DNA of 64,000 nucleotides from assembly GCA_023213395.1 (NCBI GenBank), contig CM041465.1, positions 175,777,741 to 175,841,740 on the forward strand, read 5' to 3'. The translations under genes and the position numbers were made by a program. The DNA comes from Cycas panzhihuaensis (Eukaryota > Plantae > Cycadophyta). Positions 14,047-29,100 of this stretch are shown here, one piece after another (position 1 is the first letter of the stretch; every line of letters starts with the position of its first letter). A model generated the notes under the pieces. It was not told where the DNA came from. It was given only the letters and a program-made list of their open reading frames with translations, and did not search any database.

Positions 14047-14420
14047 TGTTGGGATTAATGTTGACCACCCCACTCCCACCTTCCAACCAGGAGTACACAC
14101 CTCACTCTCATCAATTTACACATGTGGGTGCTCACATGTATAGGTACGTATAAGGTAAGGTTGATTTAATTTAAGTTAATTTGAGTTAAGTTATATTTTA
14201 TTGTTATTTAAATTTTAGGGGTTAAGGAGTTTCCCTCCTCTCCCAAACTATATATTTTGAGGGGTGTACAACCCTACTGTCTTTAGACACTGCCTACTTT
14301 TGGATATTTGTAAAGCTCTCTCTCAAAGATGGATTGAATACAAATGCTCTTGTGTTTATGCTACATGGTTTTATATATGTGTTTATGTTCTGCCTTGTTC
14401 TCCATGATCATTTTCCTTCA
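14047..14420 (+). repeat. 3' LTR of copia-derived element
   Basis: TG...CA termini, preceded by a polypurine tract, followed by the TSD. Confidence 0.92.
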
Positions 14421-17250
14421 TTAAAGGGGCATAACATTGATTGAGGACTTATCATAAATAATACATCTTTTAATATTGATGTCATCTTTAAGAATTTTAG
14501 TATAAAATGACATAGTCTCACTATCATTCCTTTTCTAACATGGAGGGATCCAAGTGTAAAGTTAGTTTGAGGGGTAAGTTAGACCTAAGCACACTAAGAG
14601 TATCAAGTAAGAATTGTCTTTTATCAAGGCAACTCTTAAGGAGGTCCATGATAAAAATTCCTATAGGAATAGTCTTTAACTCCTCCATTAGAGGGAAAGT
14701 TCCTTCCTTTTTGTATTAAAAAATAGGCCTAAAATGAATAGATCTAATGACTTATCCTTAGGTGGGAAATCCCCATCAAGTGGTTTAGAAGAAGTGTGGA
14801 CCTTAGTAGCCCCCACCATATTGATAGTTTTCTTGGGTACTTTAATTCTATGAGGTGGTTTATTTAATATGTTGGTCCTTTTATCATTACAAGTAAGTGA
14901 TGATAATTTTTTCTTGCTAGCCTGAAAGTTAGAATCTTTGGCATCACTATCATCTTGCACCTTAGACTTGCGATTTTCCTCAATTCCCTTTATATTGTAG
15001 TTAAGAAGTGGGTTTTCATGGATAAGTTATTCTTGGTTTAGCTTGGAGGTAGGCTTTTCACTACCCTAACCGCATTGACTAAGGGCTTTGAGCTTATGAC
15101 AATCTTCTTAATAATGTGTATTAGTTTGGTAATAAGGGCATTTAGGCATCTTTGTAAGAGGTGATTTATTAGGGTCTTTTTTTTATTTACTGTAATGAAT
15201 AACTTTAGTTTCCTTTTTAGGCCTAAGGGTCAGAGAAGAGTTAACTCATAATTTGGTATTAATGAACCTTTCTAAGGCTTGAACAATAAAGGTAAGGTGA
15301 TCAGAGGTACAATCTCCTTATGATAGTTTTGACCCCAATCTAGTGCAACCTTCTCTTTGGGTGCAGGAGGCTTGTTTATCCTTTTGACCCTAGCCTAGAT
15401 CTTGAAAACTTTAAGAGCTAAGCATTTCTTGATGGATTCTTCATAAGAGGTAGGCCCCAACTTGAGGACCTAGAGGTGTACCTAGGGTCTTTAGGCATTA
15501 GTGAAGATATTAAAGAGTAAGCCATAATCTAGGAGAGCTTGAAAACTATGGACCAAATCCTAAAAATGACACACAAAGTCATGGGATGACTCATCATCAC
15601 CTTGCTTAACAGAAAGTAGAGTTTTAGTGTTAGTATTGAATGGCCTAGATACATCAAAGTAGCTTATAAAAATATCAACTAATTATTGGAAAGATAAAAT
15701 AGATGCGTGTTTTAACCTATAAAACAACTTCAAGGCATTACCCTAAAGGGTTTTTGAAAATAATTATATCATTAAGTAGTTGTAAGGGAGGTAGTTGGTA
15801 CATGCAGGAGCAAAAGCTTGCATACGTCTTGTTGGATATTGAGTTGCCTCCCCTAAAAATTTAGGCAACTTAAGTATAAAGGAAGGTAGTGGAGAAAGGA
15901 GAATCTCTTATGGAAAGAGGTTCCTCTTGTAGTCAACATAAGACCTCATTACCCTTAATGAGAAAGTCATTTAAAGGTCTATTTACATAGGTATTAGGTT
16001 TCTAGGTGCCTCACCATAGGTGGTGTACTTAGGATAAGATAGATGTGGTTGTTCTAAATATCCAAGATAAGGTCTTATACTAAGGTGGAAAGTGTCTGCC
16101 CTATGGGGAGGGAAGTCTCTTAGATGGTGGGAGGTGGGAGGAACATATGGCCCATAACTAATAGGTTGACTTGAGTAGCCTTGGTAAGTATAAATTGGTA
16201 CTAGACCATAGAAGGATGTAGGGTTTTACCATGACTTAGTGACATGTACATGAAAAACCTATTAGCTTATATTAGGTTTTGGTTGGTGATGTTGATGAAT
16301 AGTAGGCCTATAATATATTTATGAAGATTAAATGAGTAGAGGTTATTGAGTGAGAGGGGATTATGTAGGCATAACTCGTAATCATGGAGGAATGGGTTAC
16401 CTTGAGTATGATAACTCATCCTAACAAATAGTCCAACACCACTTGGTGAAGGAGGAGAGGTAGAAGATGTGAATAAGAGGCCACTACCCTAACCTTGTAA
16501 TAGGTAGACATAAGCCCAAGTTGAGAGGTTACTTGAGAAGTCTCTAGTGGAGAAGCAAACTATTAAATAAAACTAGAACCAATGAAAGGATGTTAGGTAT
16601 AATCACTGGTATTGATGCTTAAGAATAATAAGTGTATAGGAGGCATGTGTCCTTATTCCTGGGTAGTGATATATGAATAAGCATGAGTTAAAGTAACTAG
16701 ACTTGGGGCCTACTCAAAGGGATGTGTAGAGGACAAAGAAGAAGCATGTATAGAGACTCCATAATTATCTTAGGAGATAAGTATTTAATAGTATATATAA
16801 GGATTATGTGATAATATAGGACTATTTACTATGGACGCATCTTTAACTTGTTTATTATATTCTTTATTAGGGATGCCATATAGGAAAGGATCAATGGAAT
16901 ACCCAAATAGGTTCTAAGTTATTCCTTTGGGTACAAGTAAGATAAGATTGGGGTTTATGATTTAGGTCTCACAAGCCTTTCTGAAGTTAATAAAAAGTCT
17001 TCAAGTGGAAGGCCCTAAAGCCTCCTAGATTACCTAAGTAGAACTTATAAAGGATCCATAAAAGTAATGGAATGTAGGAAGAATGGGATGTTTAAAGGTC
17101 ATTGAACTATAATGAAGGGGTGAAGTGGAGTGAACTAAATGCACATATGTTGAAATAGGAATTAAGTAAAATGAGTGAAGTATGAAGTAAATGTATAATT
17201 GAGTGTCATGAAATTAGGAAGTTTTGGTAACTCCCTAGTATGGTCACCAA
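14421..17250 (-). mobile_element. Old Tat-clade Ty3/gypsy, gag and protease N-term (continuation of 6850-8793)
   Basis: Protease frame reads SINVMPL*IFDDLKVLAYEPID across the 8793/14421 insertion site; gag remnants at ~15870-15560 resemble the gag at 51530-52102; putative PBS TGGTGACCATACTAGGGA at 17249-17232. Confidence 0.75.
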
Positions 17251-17253
17251 GAA

Positions 17254-19270
17254 TGGATTGGTAGGGGTAATTACCCTTTAGATCCTTAAAGGAAATGAGA
17301 GATTCTTCCAAGGCAAGAAAGAGGAATTGACTCAACATACCCTCATCTCCCTTTCAATTGAAAAGGAGATGTCTTCCTAGGGTATGATAAGGAGTGAAAT
17401 TTAACTAATAATAAACCATTGATCTAGATAATAGATTAAAGTAAAAACAAAACAAAATAAATGAAAAACAAACAATACTAACTAATTCCCCCTAGGAAGA
17501 TAAACAAGCATACAAGAATTCCTAATGAGTGGGAGGATTGTTGGGGTCCTTTCCCAAATAGATGTCACCCTAGGCTCCTTATGTTCTAATCTCCTTAGTT
17601 CTCCTAAATGTGTATTCTAAACTAGACCTCTAACCAACCATAAAAGGAAAAAAAAAACTACGTCACACTAAATACAAATTAGAAGGACTAATAAGTAAGA
17701 AGACTTAGAAGATCTTGGACTCAATATTAACAACCCTATCATGGGTTAGTCATTAAGGACTCCCTCACCCGATGATGATCTACCTATGAAGGTGGATGGC
17801 TTAGGGATATCTGCATCTAATTCTAGTAGGTCTCTAATACTTAGAGGTGAATAAAGAATAGAAGATCCACTCTCAATGCAAAGTGTAGTGGTATGTCATC
17901 ACCTTTGGGGTTTAGAATATGATATAGAAATAATAATCTCTAAGAAGGGTGAGCTTGTATATTGAGGATGCCAAGTCTTGATTATTCAAACACACTTTTA
18001 TGAAGAGAATTCATTATTCTCTAAGAATAGTGAACTTGTACATCAAGGATGTCAAGTCTTGATTAGTCAAACACACTTTTATGAAGAGAATTCATTATTC
18101 TCTAAGAACAGTAAACTTGTACATCAAGGATTCCAAGTCTCAATTGATTAAGAATACTCTCTTAGAGATAATAGGACCTAATCATAGGGGGAAATAAGAA
18201 ATGCTATATACCTATAATGTAATCTATCATGCTTTTTATGATTGCATGGAAAACAACAAATACCTAAACTATACAATTCATGAGATTAAAGAAAATAAAC
18301 TAAACCTAATGCATATATATAGAGGAATGCAATATCTATTTTCCTTTGCTTTATCTTTCACCTTTTGTTTGATGTAAACAACAAAGCAACCAATGCTAGC
18401 ATACACTATAAAGTAATCTAAATTCTCTCATTACACTTATGATTATCCTAATTATATATTTCTTAACTACTTTAATCTTTTATATTTAATAATTAGGGTT
18501 ATACAACTATATGTCATGCAATTAACTTGACCTATTTCTTCTTTTGCCTTTTAAAATAAAAGGGAACAAATTAAGCATTCAAATACCCAACTAATGAAGG
18601 ACAACAAGATCATTTATAATTCCCTTCCTTTTTCATATTTCACTTAATAGAAACAAGGAAGAAATAAACCCTTAAAAAAATGAATGCTACAATAAAAGAA
18701 AAATGAAGGTGTCATGTACCTTTCATCTTTTTGTAGATCCACTAGAATAGGTCATCAATCAAATAAAGCTCTAAGTGAGATAAGTGAGTCTATCTTACAA
18801 CATAAGAGTTAGGAGTATAGATATCCTTATGACTAGTATATAACAAAAAGAATTCAATTCATAACCTTGAATAATAAGGTTTCTATTAAAACTCTAGTAG
18901 TATTTATGTTGTGTTTAAGAAATTTTGGTAGGAAATGATAAAAGAGGAGCCTATAACCCTATGGAAGAGGGCTTAAGGTTATCTTTGGAGTTCCTCCAAA
19001 AAAATTACTCACCTCCTTAAAGAGAGTTCATTAGCACTTGGTCTATGTGAGTAAACTTCTTTATAAGTTATGAGTAGGAGTCTTGTTGATAGGAACCTAG
19101 CCTTTAAATAAAACCAACCATACTAAAACAAAATATGTAAAATGCAAATAAGAAAATAAACTAACTCATTCTTTTTCGTATTTTAAACTCAAAGCATAAA
19201 TTAAGTACTAATTTGAATTTTACAAGCAATGACTAAATAAATCCATTAAAACTTAACTAAAAAACTTTCC
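17254..19270 (-). mobile_element. Putative 5' LTR of the old Tat element (right boundary uncertain)
   Basis: Begins with TG (CA on minus) a few bases from the PBS and is non-coding; no partner LTR in the window to confirm extent. Confidence 0.35.
17937..18140. repeat. 81-bp tandem repeat, ~2.5 copies
   Basis: TCTCTAAGAA unit starts at 17937, 18018 and 18099. Confidence 0.88.
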
Positions 19271-20389
19271 AACTTAAAACTAGTCCAGAAAATGAGATAG
19301 GGAGGTGCCTTAGATTTGTACCTTAATCCCCTCTAAGATGCTCCAAGTTAAAGCTCTAGTTAATTAAGAATATAAGAAGAAACTCTTGAAGGTAATAAAA
19401 CCACAAGAATGAAGGACTTATGCCAAGGAGAGGAGAAAAGAGAGAAAACGAAGCCACGAGAAGAATAGAGAAGGAGCCTAAGTATGTACAACCTCAAGTT
19501 GACAAAATCTTCAATCAATGACTTGCAATCTTACTTCCAACTAAGATCTCAAATGGTATAGGTGAAGATAACAACAAGTGAGTCTAAAGACAGACAACAC
19601 TTTGTTGCATCAAATGTCCTACCTTTTTTCTTCACAAATAGAGGGTTATTGATAAAGAAAATTAGAGAGAATGGCTAGGAAAAAGTCATGGGTTGTTGAC
19701 CCATAATTTTCAGAAGAGACTATATCCATACAACAAGCATACACACACACACATTTTTCATGCACAAATAGTCAAAAACATGATGAACTAGTAAAAAATA
19801 CAATCTTAAAATAACTAAAAATGTGATTTTATGATTTATCACATTTTATGAAGAAAATCACATTTTTGGGCAACACCAAAAACATGACAAACTAGTAAAA
19901 AATATGATAAATGATCCAAAAATATGATTTTAAAATTACTAAAGATGCAATTTTAGCATTAAAAATGTGATAAATAAAAGTTGACAAATCTAGCATGTGA
20001 TCTCAAATTTTTCAAAATAAGTCCATTAACATCTTGGAAGTGTTAGATAAAGCCAATGAGGAGTTAAACAAAGTGAAATCATCAATTGAAGACATGATAA
20101 AAATAACTGATTAATAAGTCAGAGGCCTAAAAATTCATAGAAAATAGAAGAAAAGTGGAGCAATATCCTAGAGCAAGCTTGGAGGTACCAAAAAAGTGTA
20201 CATGTCAAGATTTATATATAATAGGTAGTGGGGGAATTGCAATCACATACCAAATCATTTACTAAAACATCATGTCATATAATCAATAATCAAAATAATC
20301 ATCTAAATAAACCCTAGTGGAAAATAGGATGAGTTATGAACCTGGCCACATCGAAGAGGGGCAGAGCATGGTGAAACACCTATATTCTC

Positions 20390-21655
20390 ACAACATACCA
20401 TTCTATACCATTAGGAGGTCATGCTAAGTTTGATAAAATATATTGTTGCATCTATAGGGACTTCTATTGGCCATAAATAAAAGCCAACATGTTTATCTTT
20501 ATCTTTGAATATAACATTTACCTATATAATTACTTAGAAATAATTTCCCAACTAGGCCTCCTCTAGTCTCTTCATGTTCCTCAAGCTAAATTATAGGATA
20601 TTAGTATGGATTTCATCAGCAGTCTTCCTCCTTCTACTAATTGTTACTCTATCTAGGTTATCATTAACATGCTAATAAAATATACTTGCTTCTTACCTAT
20701 CCATATCATATAAAATCCCTTGGCTTGCTAAGACGTATATCTAATTAGTTTTTTGATTCTACACTTTTCCTTTTCTATAGTCTGTGATTGTGATGCTAAT
20801 TCATCAACTCATTCTAATAGGAGCTCTTTTGTACTTTAGGCACTACCTTCAACATAAGTTGAGCTTCTTATCCTCAAATTAATAGCCAATCTAAAGTGCT
20901 TAACAAAACCATAGAGACCTACTTATATTTTAAAGTCTAAATATAAAAATAAAGAAACATCTTGGTTAGCTCTCATCGAACCTTGGCAGAATTCTTCTCA
21001 CTATTCTTCCATTGGTATATCAATGTTTTTATCTTTACAACTACCCCCAACTATCCCACCATATATTTGCCACTAATTTATGCATAAATGTCATACTATA
21101 AAAACTCTATGATGTGGACCATATCTTCAACATCCTTAAGGAAGATTTATCTAGTGCTCAAAACCATATGAAATAGCTTATTGATTACCATCACTTTGAC
21201 CTCTCTTTTTTAGCTGGTGACCTAGTATTCATTTGTCTCCAACCATATAAGTAGCAATCTCTTAAAAAGCATAGAAACCATAAGTTGAATTACCATTACT
21301 ATATCCCCTATAACATCATCCACCATATTAAAGAAGTTGCCTATGCTTTAGAACTCCCTCTCAATACTAAAATCCATAATGTCTTCCATGTTTCCTGTCT
21401 CAAGAAGCACCTTAGTCCTTCCACTAATCCCTAAATAGCCCTTCCCATCCTAGATAAAGAACAACTTCTCATTGTTCCTCTTAATCATATCTTGGCTAGT
21501 CACCAATGCTGTCTTTGCAATAGAACCATTTTAGAATATCTTTTGCAATGAGTTAGCTACAAACTAAAGAAAACAACATGGGAATTAATAGAGTTTATTT
21601 GATAGCATCTGCATCTTTCCAACTTTAAGGACTTAGTATCTCGTAAGGGGTACCC
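20390..21655 (+). mobile_element. Chromovirus-type Ty3/gypsy remnant (integrase + chromodomain)
   Basis: DISMDFISSLP (~20600), YPQINSQSKVLNKTIETYL (~20870), VAYALELPLNTKIHNVFHVSCLKKH (~21340), chromodomain-like ILEYLLQ* followed by TTWE (~21530-21580), then a short purine tract. Confidence 0.8.
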
Positions 21656-22144
21656 ACTACATAACTACCTCTTTAGTGGGACTTGATATACAATTAAAGT
21701 ATTTGTGAGATTTGACTACTAACATGTGACTATAGAACCTAAGTATTAGTGTTATCTCTTAACATTTATGTGGGGGTTGTTTTCACGTGCTAATAACATT
21801 TTAGGAAAGAGGACTCCTTTGTTTATACAAGGTCTTATTAGATATTAATGACTATATTTTATCAAGTCTATTATAATTGGTGTATTAGAATCTTACGTTT
21901 GGTCTTCTATAATCAGTCTCCATTGTGCTTAAAATATTATAACCATCTCTTTGCTATAATAAAAGTGATCTATCTTATTATTCTACTATATTTGTGGTCT
22001 TTCCTTACTTTTTTTTTGTAAACAAATTATGGAGAAAGCTAAGTGAAGAATGCTCCACTCACTCAAAGATTGATCATAATTTATAGAATTCTCAAATGAT
22101 GGGTGTAAAGGGTAGTACGAAAATACTATAATAACCTAGGAAAT

Positions 22145-25100
22145 TATTAGGAAACACCTATATGCAAGCATGTTGATAGAATCTTTCACATCAAGTAGAT
22201 CACAACAAAATCAATGCACACATGACATCTGAATTATCGTGGAAAATCCTTACCAGTGACAACCCATAAAAAATAGTATTATTCACAATTTTGATAAAAT
22301 TAGTATTACAACATAGATGGACTTTGATCTATATTTATAGATCTAAAGTACCTTGATTAATGTTACATCAAGTAATTACATTCATTGACTCATCCAATAT
22401 ACAACAACATTATCCATATATAAATATACCACACATTAATATTAGTGAGTATATAATATATTCCAACATTCCCTCTTATTGTAAATATAGGGTATCAAGG
22501 TTTATCCTTGGTAATAGATTCTCTCTCAAGGATAACCTTACCCAATATGCATGAATGTCAATGTAGTGATCTTCAATTTGAGCTTGGTGAACATATCTAT
22601 AAGTTGATCTATACTTGGATAAACTTCAATCTGTATCTTCCCTAATCTGATGTTCTCTTCGATGTAATGGTGCTATGCCTCATATGTATACGATTCTTTG
22701 GATGTGACTCCAATAGTCCCTAAAACTATACAACTCTCTCTGCACTTGATATTTTGTCCATAAAACTTAGTCATTTTCCTTTGACCAAACTAAGAGGTTG
22801 AACCACTTGAACCATATGGATCTCCTCTTCAAGTCTCTATTAAGGAATGCTGATATAATGTGATGTGACAACTAACTAGATAAAGCTATAAAAGTAAGGA
22901 TCAAATAGACCAATAAACATAGAGACTGGTGTAAATGTCTCCTCATACTTTAATCCTTCTTTTATTAGAAATCTCCTACACAATAAGTCTTGCTCACTTA
23001 CAAATTGACTAAGTTCTTTCCTTGGAGATAAGGGACTAAAATCCCACACAACACTCCTCCAATACAACTCTTCATTGTAAATCTTCACTTGCTGAAATGT
23101 TGGTATCTATCTCAAGGTTTGATTAGCATACTGATCCTTAATCTTCAATGATCCTATAGGTCTTCAACCATCAATGGAATATGGGGTTGCAATCCATGTC
23201 TCTTCAACCAATGGCTCCCTATCATCTATCTTCCATTAGGTCCTACTTCTATCTCAAACATACGTTAGGTAAACAAACCTCCGCACCTGCTAAATAAAAG
23301 TGAAGAAAAGTGAAGAAATGAAGGATAAAACTTGTAATAAGATGACACTCAATATGAGACATCATAAACTTTTAAACTTAACATCTAGACTAATCACAAT
23401 GCATTTCCCTTACAGATTACACTTTTTATAAGCTTGTTCAAATCCCACATGCTTCAAACTCTTGTAATCTTATTGTTGTGATCTTCGTCTAAGATGTGTG
23501 CACTCTAATGCATTAAAAGAAACAAATAAAAGGCTTATGACTGGTCTAACACATAAAATAAAAGGGATATATGCCATGAACAACCTTAACAAGGGCACCC
23601 AATACCTGTCTACTATAGTTTCTACCAACAAAACATGGGAGACCAACTCATACAATGCATCAACCTCACTATTTACATCTTGATACTCACTTGTAATGCA
23701 ACCTTACAAAGTTCATATGACAACTATTCTATACCATGACAAAGGCATAAACGATTTTAAGGCATTTCGTCATAGATCTTTCCATTCACACTTATAATTT
23801 TTATCAAACACTTTATCTCAGTTCCACATCAAACTTATTCAAATATGTATACATATTGAACTAGCATCAAATAGGCCACAAACCCTAATACTATCATCAA
23901 CCTGACTAGCAAAGTATAACAGTCCACCATCACTAATAACCACTTATATAAATAATAAATTCTGAACCTGTTATCACCATCTACATATCTGATGCAAAAG
24001 AACTCGAATATATATGAATAAACAACACCATTTCACTTTCAGTAAATCATATATATATGAAATTTATGCAATGATCTATGCCACACTAACCAATAGCAAT
24101 AGAGTTTGATTTATTTTACAACGAAGGTATCTTAATACTCACCTTTATTCACCTATTTTTTCCCTCTCTCCCCTATCTTTTGCCCTTCTCACCCACTATC
24201 TCAATTAGTGAACTTCACTAACTTGACAGATGCCCATCTCACCCTCAAACTCACCCAATTAACTTACCATATAACTCACATGCAATAAGTACACCTTTAC
24301 CTTATATAACCATCTTCATATTCCCACAACGCTCTCTCATTCACATTGCCAATCTTTTCATCCATACTCACCCACAACACTCACCCAACTTACTCTCTCA
24401 TACTATGCAAGAGAGCACCTCGCCTTATACATGCCATATTCATCATCAATGAAGCATGCTTAATGCACTCTCTTTACCTCAACAACCACATGTCAATAAT
24501 CTTCAATCTGATCACTCAATACTGATAGATATCAAGTCTTAATTATCTTTTTAAATAGTCACTTCCAACATCTTAATGAGGTTGATAAACTATTAAAAAG
24601 AAATAAAAGACACTTTATATAAAGGTACCTTTAATCAAACAATCAAACTAATATAAAAGGATCAATATTAATGCCTAATTACAAAGGCACACCTTTAATG
24701 ATATCAATGTATTGAAATTGCATCTTTATGAAATAAACAAAGGGTGAACATAAGAAATATTAATCAAAGTGATTAATATATAAGGGCACTAGAATAATGG
24801 CTGCAATATTATCAATATGGCGTAATAAAAACCAATGACATTATAAAAGATGACAAATGCCAAAAATTCATCAAATACAGGTGACATTATATAAGAAAAT
24901 GACTACAAATAAAGCTTGGTGACTACATATATCCATATATGAGGTGAATACGTGATTAAATATGTAGATAGATTAAAAGGTGACGCTAGATAATAACTAG
25001 TGATCATATATCACATGGAAAAAAAATGTGTGTATATATATATATATATATAAGGGCAAATATAAATAAACAACGATTTGATAATTATAGGTAGCACCAT

Positions 25101-26173
25101 CATAATATACACATAGGATGATAATATTTCATACGTGGCAACTATATTAACACATAGGGTAGAAAAATTAATGATGAACTTAAATATAATTAACTATGGG
25201 CAAAGACATCATGATTATGGCATCCTCATATACATTAACAACTACATCATCAAATATAATATATATGATATCAAATATATCATGATTGCCAATTAAACAA
25301 GGGAATTTAAATCAAATTATTAATGTATACCTTGTATAAGAGCATACCTCATATCATATTGCTGTATTTTCATCTCATGATTATTGCAATAGCTTCACTG
25401 AAGCTCTGCACTCTCCCACTAGCCATTACACATCAACAAAGGGCTGGCTAATATTTGTAACTAGGTGCACAATATCTCTCCACACACGAGTAGTCTCAAA
25501 CACCTCTAAAACTAATCAAAAACACCTCTGGGGCTTTACAAACTTAGTGGCATCATCAAATAAGGATTTGAAACCTTCAACAGGCTCAAAACAGGCATCT
25601 GCAATTAGTAATAAAGCAACCAAGCTTGCATACTCCTTCACACACCTCCATAGAGCTTTTAAATCTTGCAAAATAGAGAGAGAAGGCTTCTGAGATCCTC
25701 CAACAATCATATGCACCTCTGTGGTAGTTCTGCGGGGTTGTTGGACATGTCAATCCTCTTAGGGCAAGCTAGCATGACCTAACACCAACGATTGGACAAT
25801 CCAGACAATTATACTCTACTTGTGCACATCCTGTAGTGCTCTAATATAATGTTAGGAAACACCTTTATGTAAGTAGGTTGAAAGAATCTTTCACATCAAG
25901 TAGATCATAGTAGAATCAATCACACGTGACACCAGAATTACTATGGGAAACCCTTATGGATGAAAACCCACTAAAAATAATATTATTCACATTTTTGACA
26001 AAACTAGTGTTACAACATAGATGGACTTTGATCTATATTTATAGATCTAAAGTTTCTTGATTAATGTTACATCAAGTGATTACATTTGTCGACTCATCTA
26101 ATATACACCAACATTATCCATATATAAATATACCACACATTAACATTGGTCAGTATATTAATATATTCCAACA
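22145..26173 (-). mobile_element. Internally deleted Ty1/copia LTR retrotransposon (4.0 kb)
   Basis: ~324-bp LTRs at 22145-22468 and 25850-26173 (T(A/G)TTAGGAAACACC...ATATTCCAACA); minus-strand PPT at 22469-22480; decayed iMet PBS at 25838-25849; RNase H end HHYIEENIRLGKIQIEVYPSIDQLIDMFTK (~22670-22580); RT bit GLKYEETFTPV (~22960-22925). TSD not clean. Confidence 0.85.
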
Positions 26174-29100
26174 AAAAGGACAACAAGAGGTTTTCCTATT
26201 GAGTTATATAAGAATTTGGCCTAACAAACCAATATTCTCATAACTTTATTGAGTTGGTACATATAAAATAATGCAAGATGTATCATCTTAAGTTTTTTTA
26301 GAGAGAGGTTTAAGTGCACTCTTTTCAAGGCAGTGCAAGTGTACCACTCTATTTTCCTTTGGAGCAGTATGAGTGCACCACTTTGAATTATGGGGTTGCA
26401 CCATTCTAAATCAAATTAGTATCTAACCACATTGTTATAAATGGTATGCAATGAAATAGTGTGTACTGGTTTAGAGGGTTGTACACTATTGTCTTTTAGA
26501 GTAGTGTAGGTTTCTACACTCCTCTCTATTAGAGGGGTGTAGCAATAATCACAATGATGTGATAACACTAAGAACAATGTAGTAGTGATCATAATGGTAC
26601 AACAAAAAAAACATAAAAATTACAATTTTAAGGAGCAAAAGGTAGGCAGGGCCCCAAGTGAGACCTTAGTGGTTGAAACATAGTGAAAAGGTTGACAAGC
26701 AAGCTCAAATAGGAGAAAAAAAATAATAGAAAGAGATAAAAATGCTAAAAGAGGGTCCATGAATCACTAGGGGTATTTATGCTTAATTGTTTAAGTTCTA
26801 CTGTTTGATCTATTTTTCAACCATAGAACAAGTCATCATAGGCCATGATACACATACCCATCACCATGATAATAAGCAAACATTAATATACGCATTGCAC
26901 GTACACAATGTAATCAAATGGAAAGTGTAGATGTATATTTAAAACACTTGTGTAAAGATGATTGAGTGCCGAAGTTCCAAATTTTAGAAAACACCCTATA
27001 ACTTTTTTGGGACCCTTATCAAAACCCCTTTCCCATAAAGAGCACTTAGCTCTTATACCTTATTCATTGCCTATAAAATCTTTATCCCCTAAACTCACTT
27101 ATAAATCCCTTGTCTACCACCCTTCATTACCTATGTCATTGTTCTTATTATCCACTAATAACTCATATATATCCCTTGTCTACACTTTGCCTCATGTTTT
27201 TTTCCAACTAAACCCTTACATAGGTTGCCTTCTAGTTCCTCTGATTCACTATTGTTTGTTGCATCTATTCCCTTATTTTAGATCCATAAAGTTACCAAAT
27301 TACTAAATATTCTTCACCCTTTATCATTCCCACATTGATTCCATGCACTTGTCTTGTTTATTATTCTCTAAACTTCCTTAATTGCTTACGAGTAATTTGT
27401 TCCTCCTCACTGCTTAATCCCTCTATATGCCTTTACCTTTTATCCCCACTCTTGGCATACCCTCAAATTTTAGCCTATTACTAGCATTAACGCCATTTCC
27501 TTATCCCTAAAATTCTCCCTTTCAATGACAGCTCCCCATAGATAAAAAGTGCAAATAGGACATAAGATTTCAACCCTATGGAATTTATATTGCATAGGTC
27601 TTAGAATCATTTTTAAATAGGAATTGACACAAAAGACATTAAGGATAAGACATGAGCAGTTATAGTAATAGACCATATATGAGTTACTTCTCAAGGATGA
27701 CATAAAGATGGACTATGTCCAAATGAAATTTTAGCCTTAGTAGGTGGCAAGATTCTTATGCAAATGACTCTCTTTATAGTGATTATACTTCGAGGATGAA
27801 GTACCTCAAAGAGAAAGGAATTGTTATGAGCCTAAATATTTAATTAGCTGAAGCGAACTCCGAAAAACCCTGTTGGGCATTTATATAAAGGGATCCCATT
27901 ATTATTCAAAACCATCATAGAATTATATTATTTTAGACAATGGATTAATACCATTGTGGTACATTGGTGCCTAGAGGATTCCTCACCTCAAAGAAGACTA
28001 AAGTTCTGATATGCTTATCTATTTTGTATTTTTTGAATATTATCTTATGTATTTTATGATAATTTATTTTTAATCTATTATGGACTCTATTATTTAATAC
28101 TATTCTTGCTAATTGTGACTATATCTGTCAAAGAATCATTAATAAACCTATAAGCCTCATAACAATGTTCCTCCAATTATTGTATTATCCTTTAGTGACA
28201 ATCCTATCATTATTGTTGTTTCTACTCCTCCTTTAAACAATGGATTACTTTTCAAGGCTTTTATTTGTATTGCCCCTTCTACTTTTGTTATTTGTATTGT
28301 CAATGGTGTTCTTACCAGGAATGATCCATCTCCTAGTTCTAGTAGTATACTAAACAACTTTGCTGTGAAGTAATATTTCCAAATTACCCAGGGATCTCCC
28401 TCTACCTTATCTATGTTACTACTTATGGTCTTTGAACTTTCCTATAGGTTTAAATTTTCTTCGCTTTTCATTAGTATATATTTTAGGCTAAATATGTTTT
28501 GCATTATTTTTAATACTATAATAGCTTCTTCACTTTTAATTATTTGTGGTGTTAGTAATCAACATTCTTCTAATATTTCAGTGGACTTCTCCTTAGTCTT
28601 ATGTCTTGGTGACATGCCTATTTTATGAACCTATCATAATTTAATTTCCTTAGCCTAACATATTGCTCTCTCATAGCTTGACTATGGTATTTCACTACTT
28701 AAAGGCTTTTAAGGTGCTAATGGAATGTCCTCTCACTATTGTGGTTTAGTTAAAAATAACCATCATGATGATAATTAGGGTCCTTTTGTCTTTTAACATA
28801 GGCTCTTGCCCTTCCACTAAGCCTTAGGTCATTTTCTACTTAAGAATTTTAGCAATAGAACCAATGTTGATAGTTATTCAACACACCGACATCTTGAACC
28901 ACCTGATAATGTGGTTGTCTTATGGCATCTTTCTTCTTGATATCAATTGCATGTTAGAACATCTTACAACATATGCAACATTCACCAAATATGCAATATA
29001 TTCAACATTATATAAACAACCAATCATTGCACACATAGGTTACATAAGATATTTCTTATAACTTGTTATTTCATTAATTAACATTGAATATAATCACTTG

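Larger units (their letters stand above)
8794..14420 (+). mobile_element. Non-autonomous copia-derived LTR retrotransposon (5.6 kb) with gene-fragment cargo
   Basis: LTRs 8794-9172 and 14047-14420 (TGTTGGG...TTTTCCTTCA); TTAAA TSD at 8789-8793 and 14421-14425; PBS TGGTATCAGAG at 9175; PPT AAAGGGAAGA before the 3' LTR; no pol. Confidence 0.92.
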
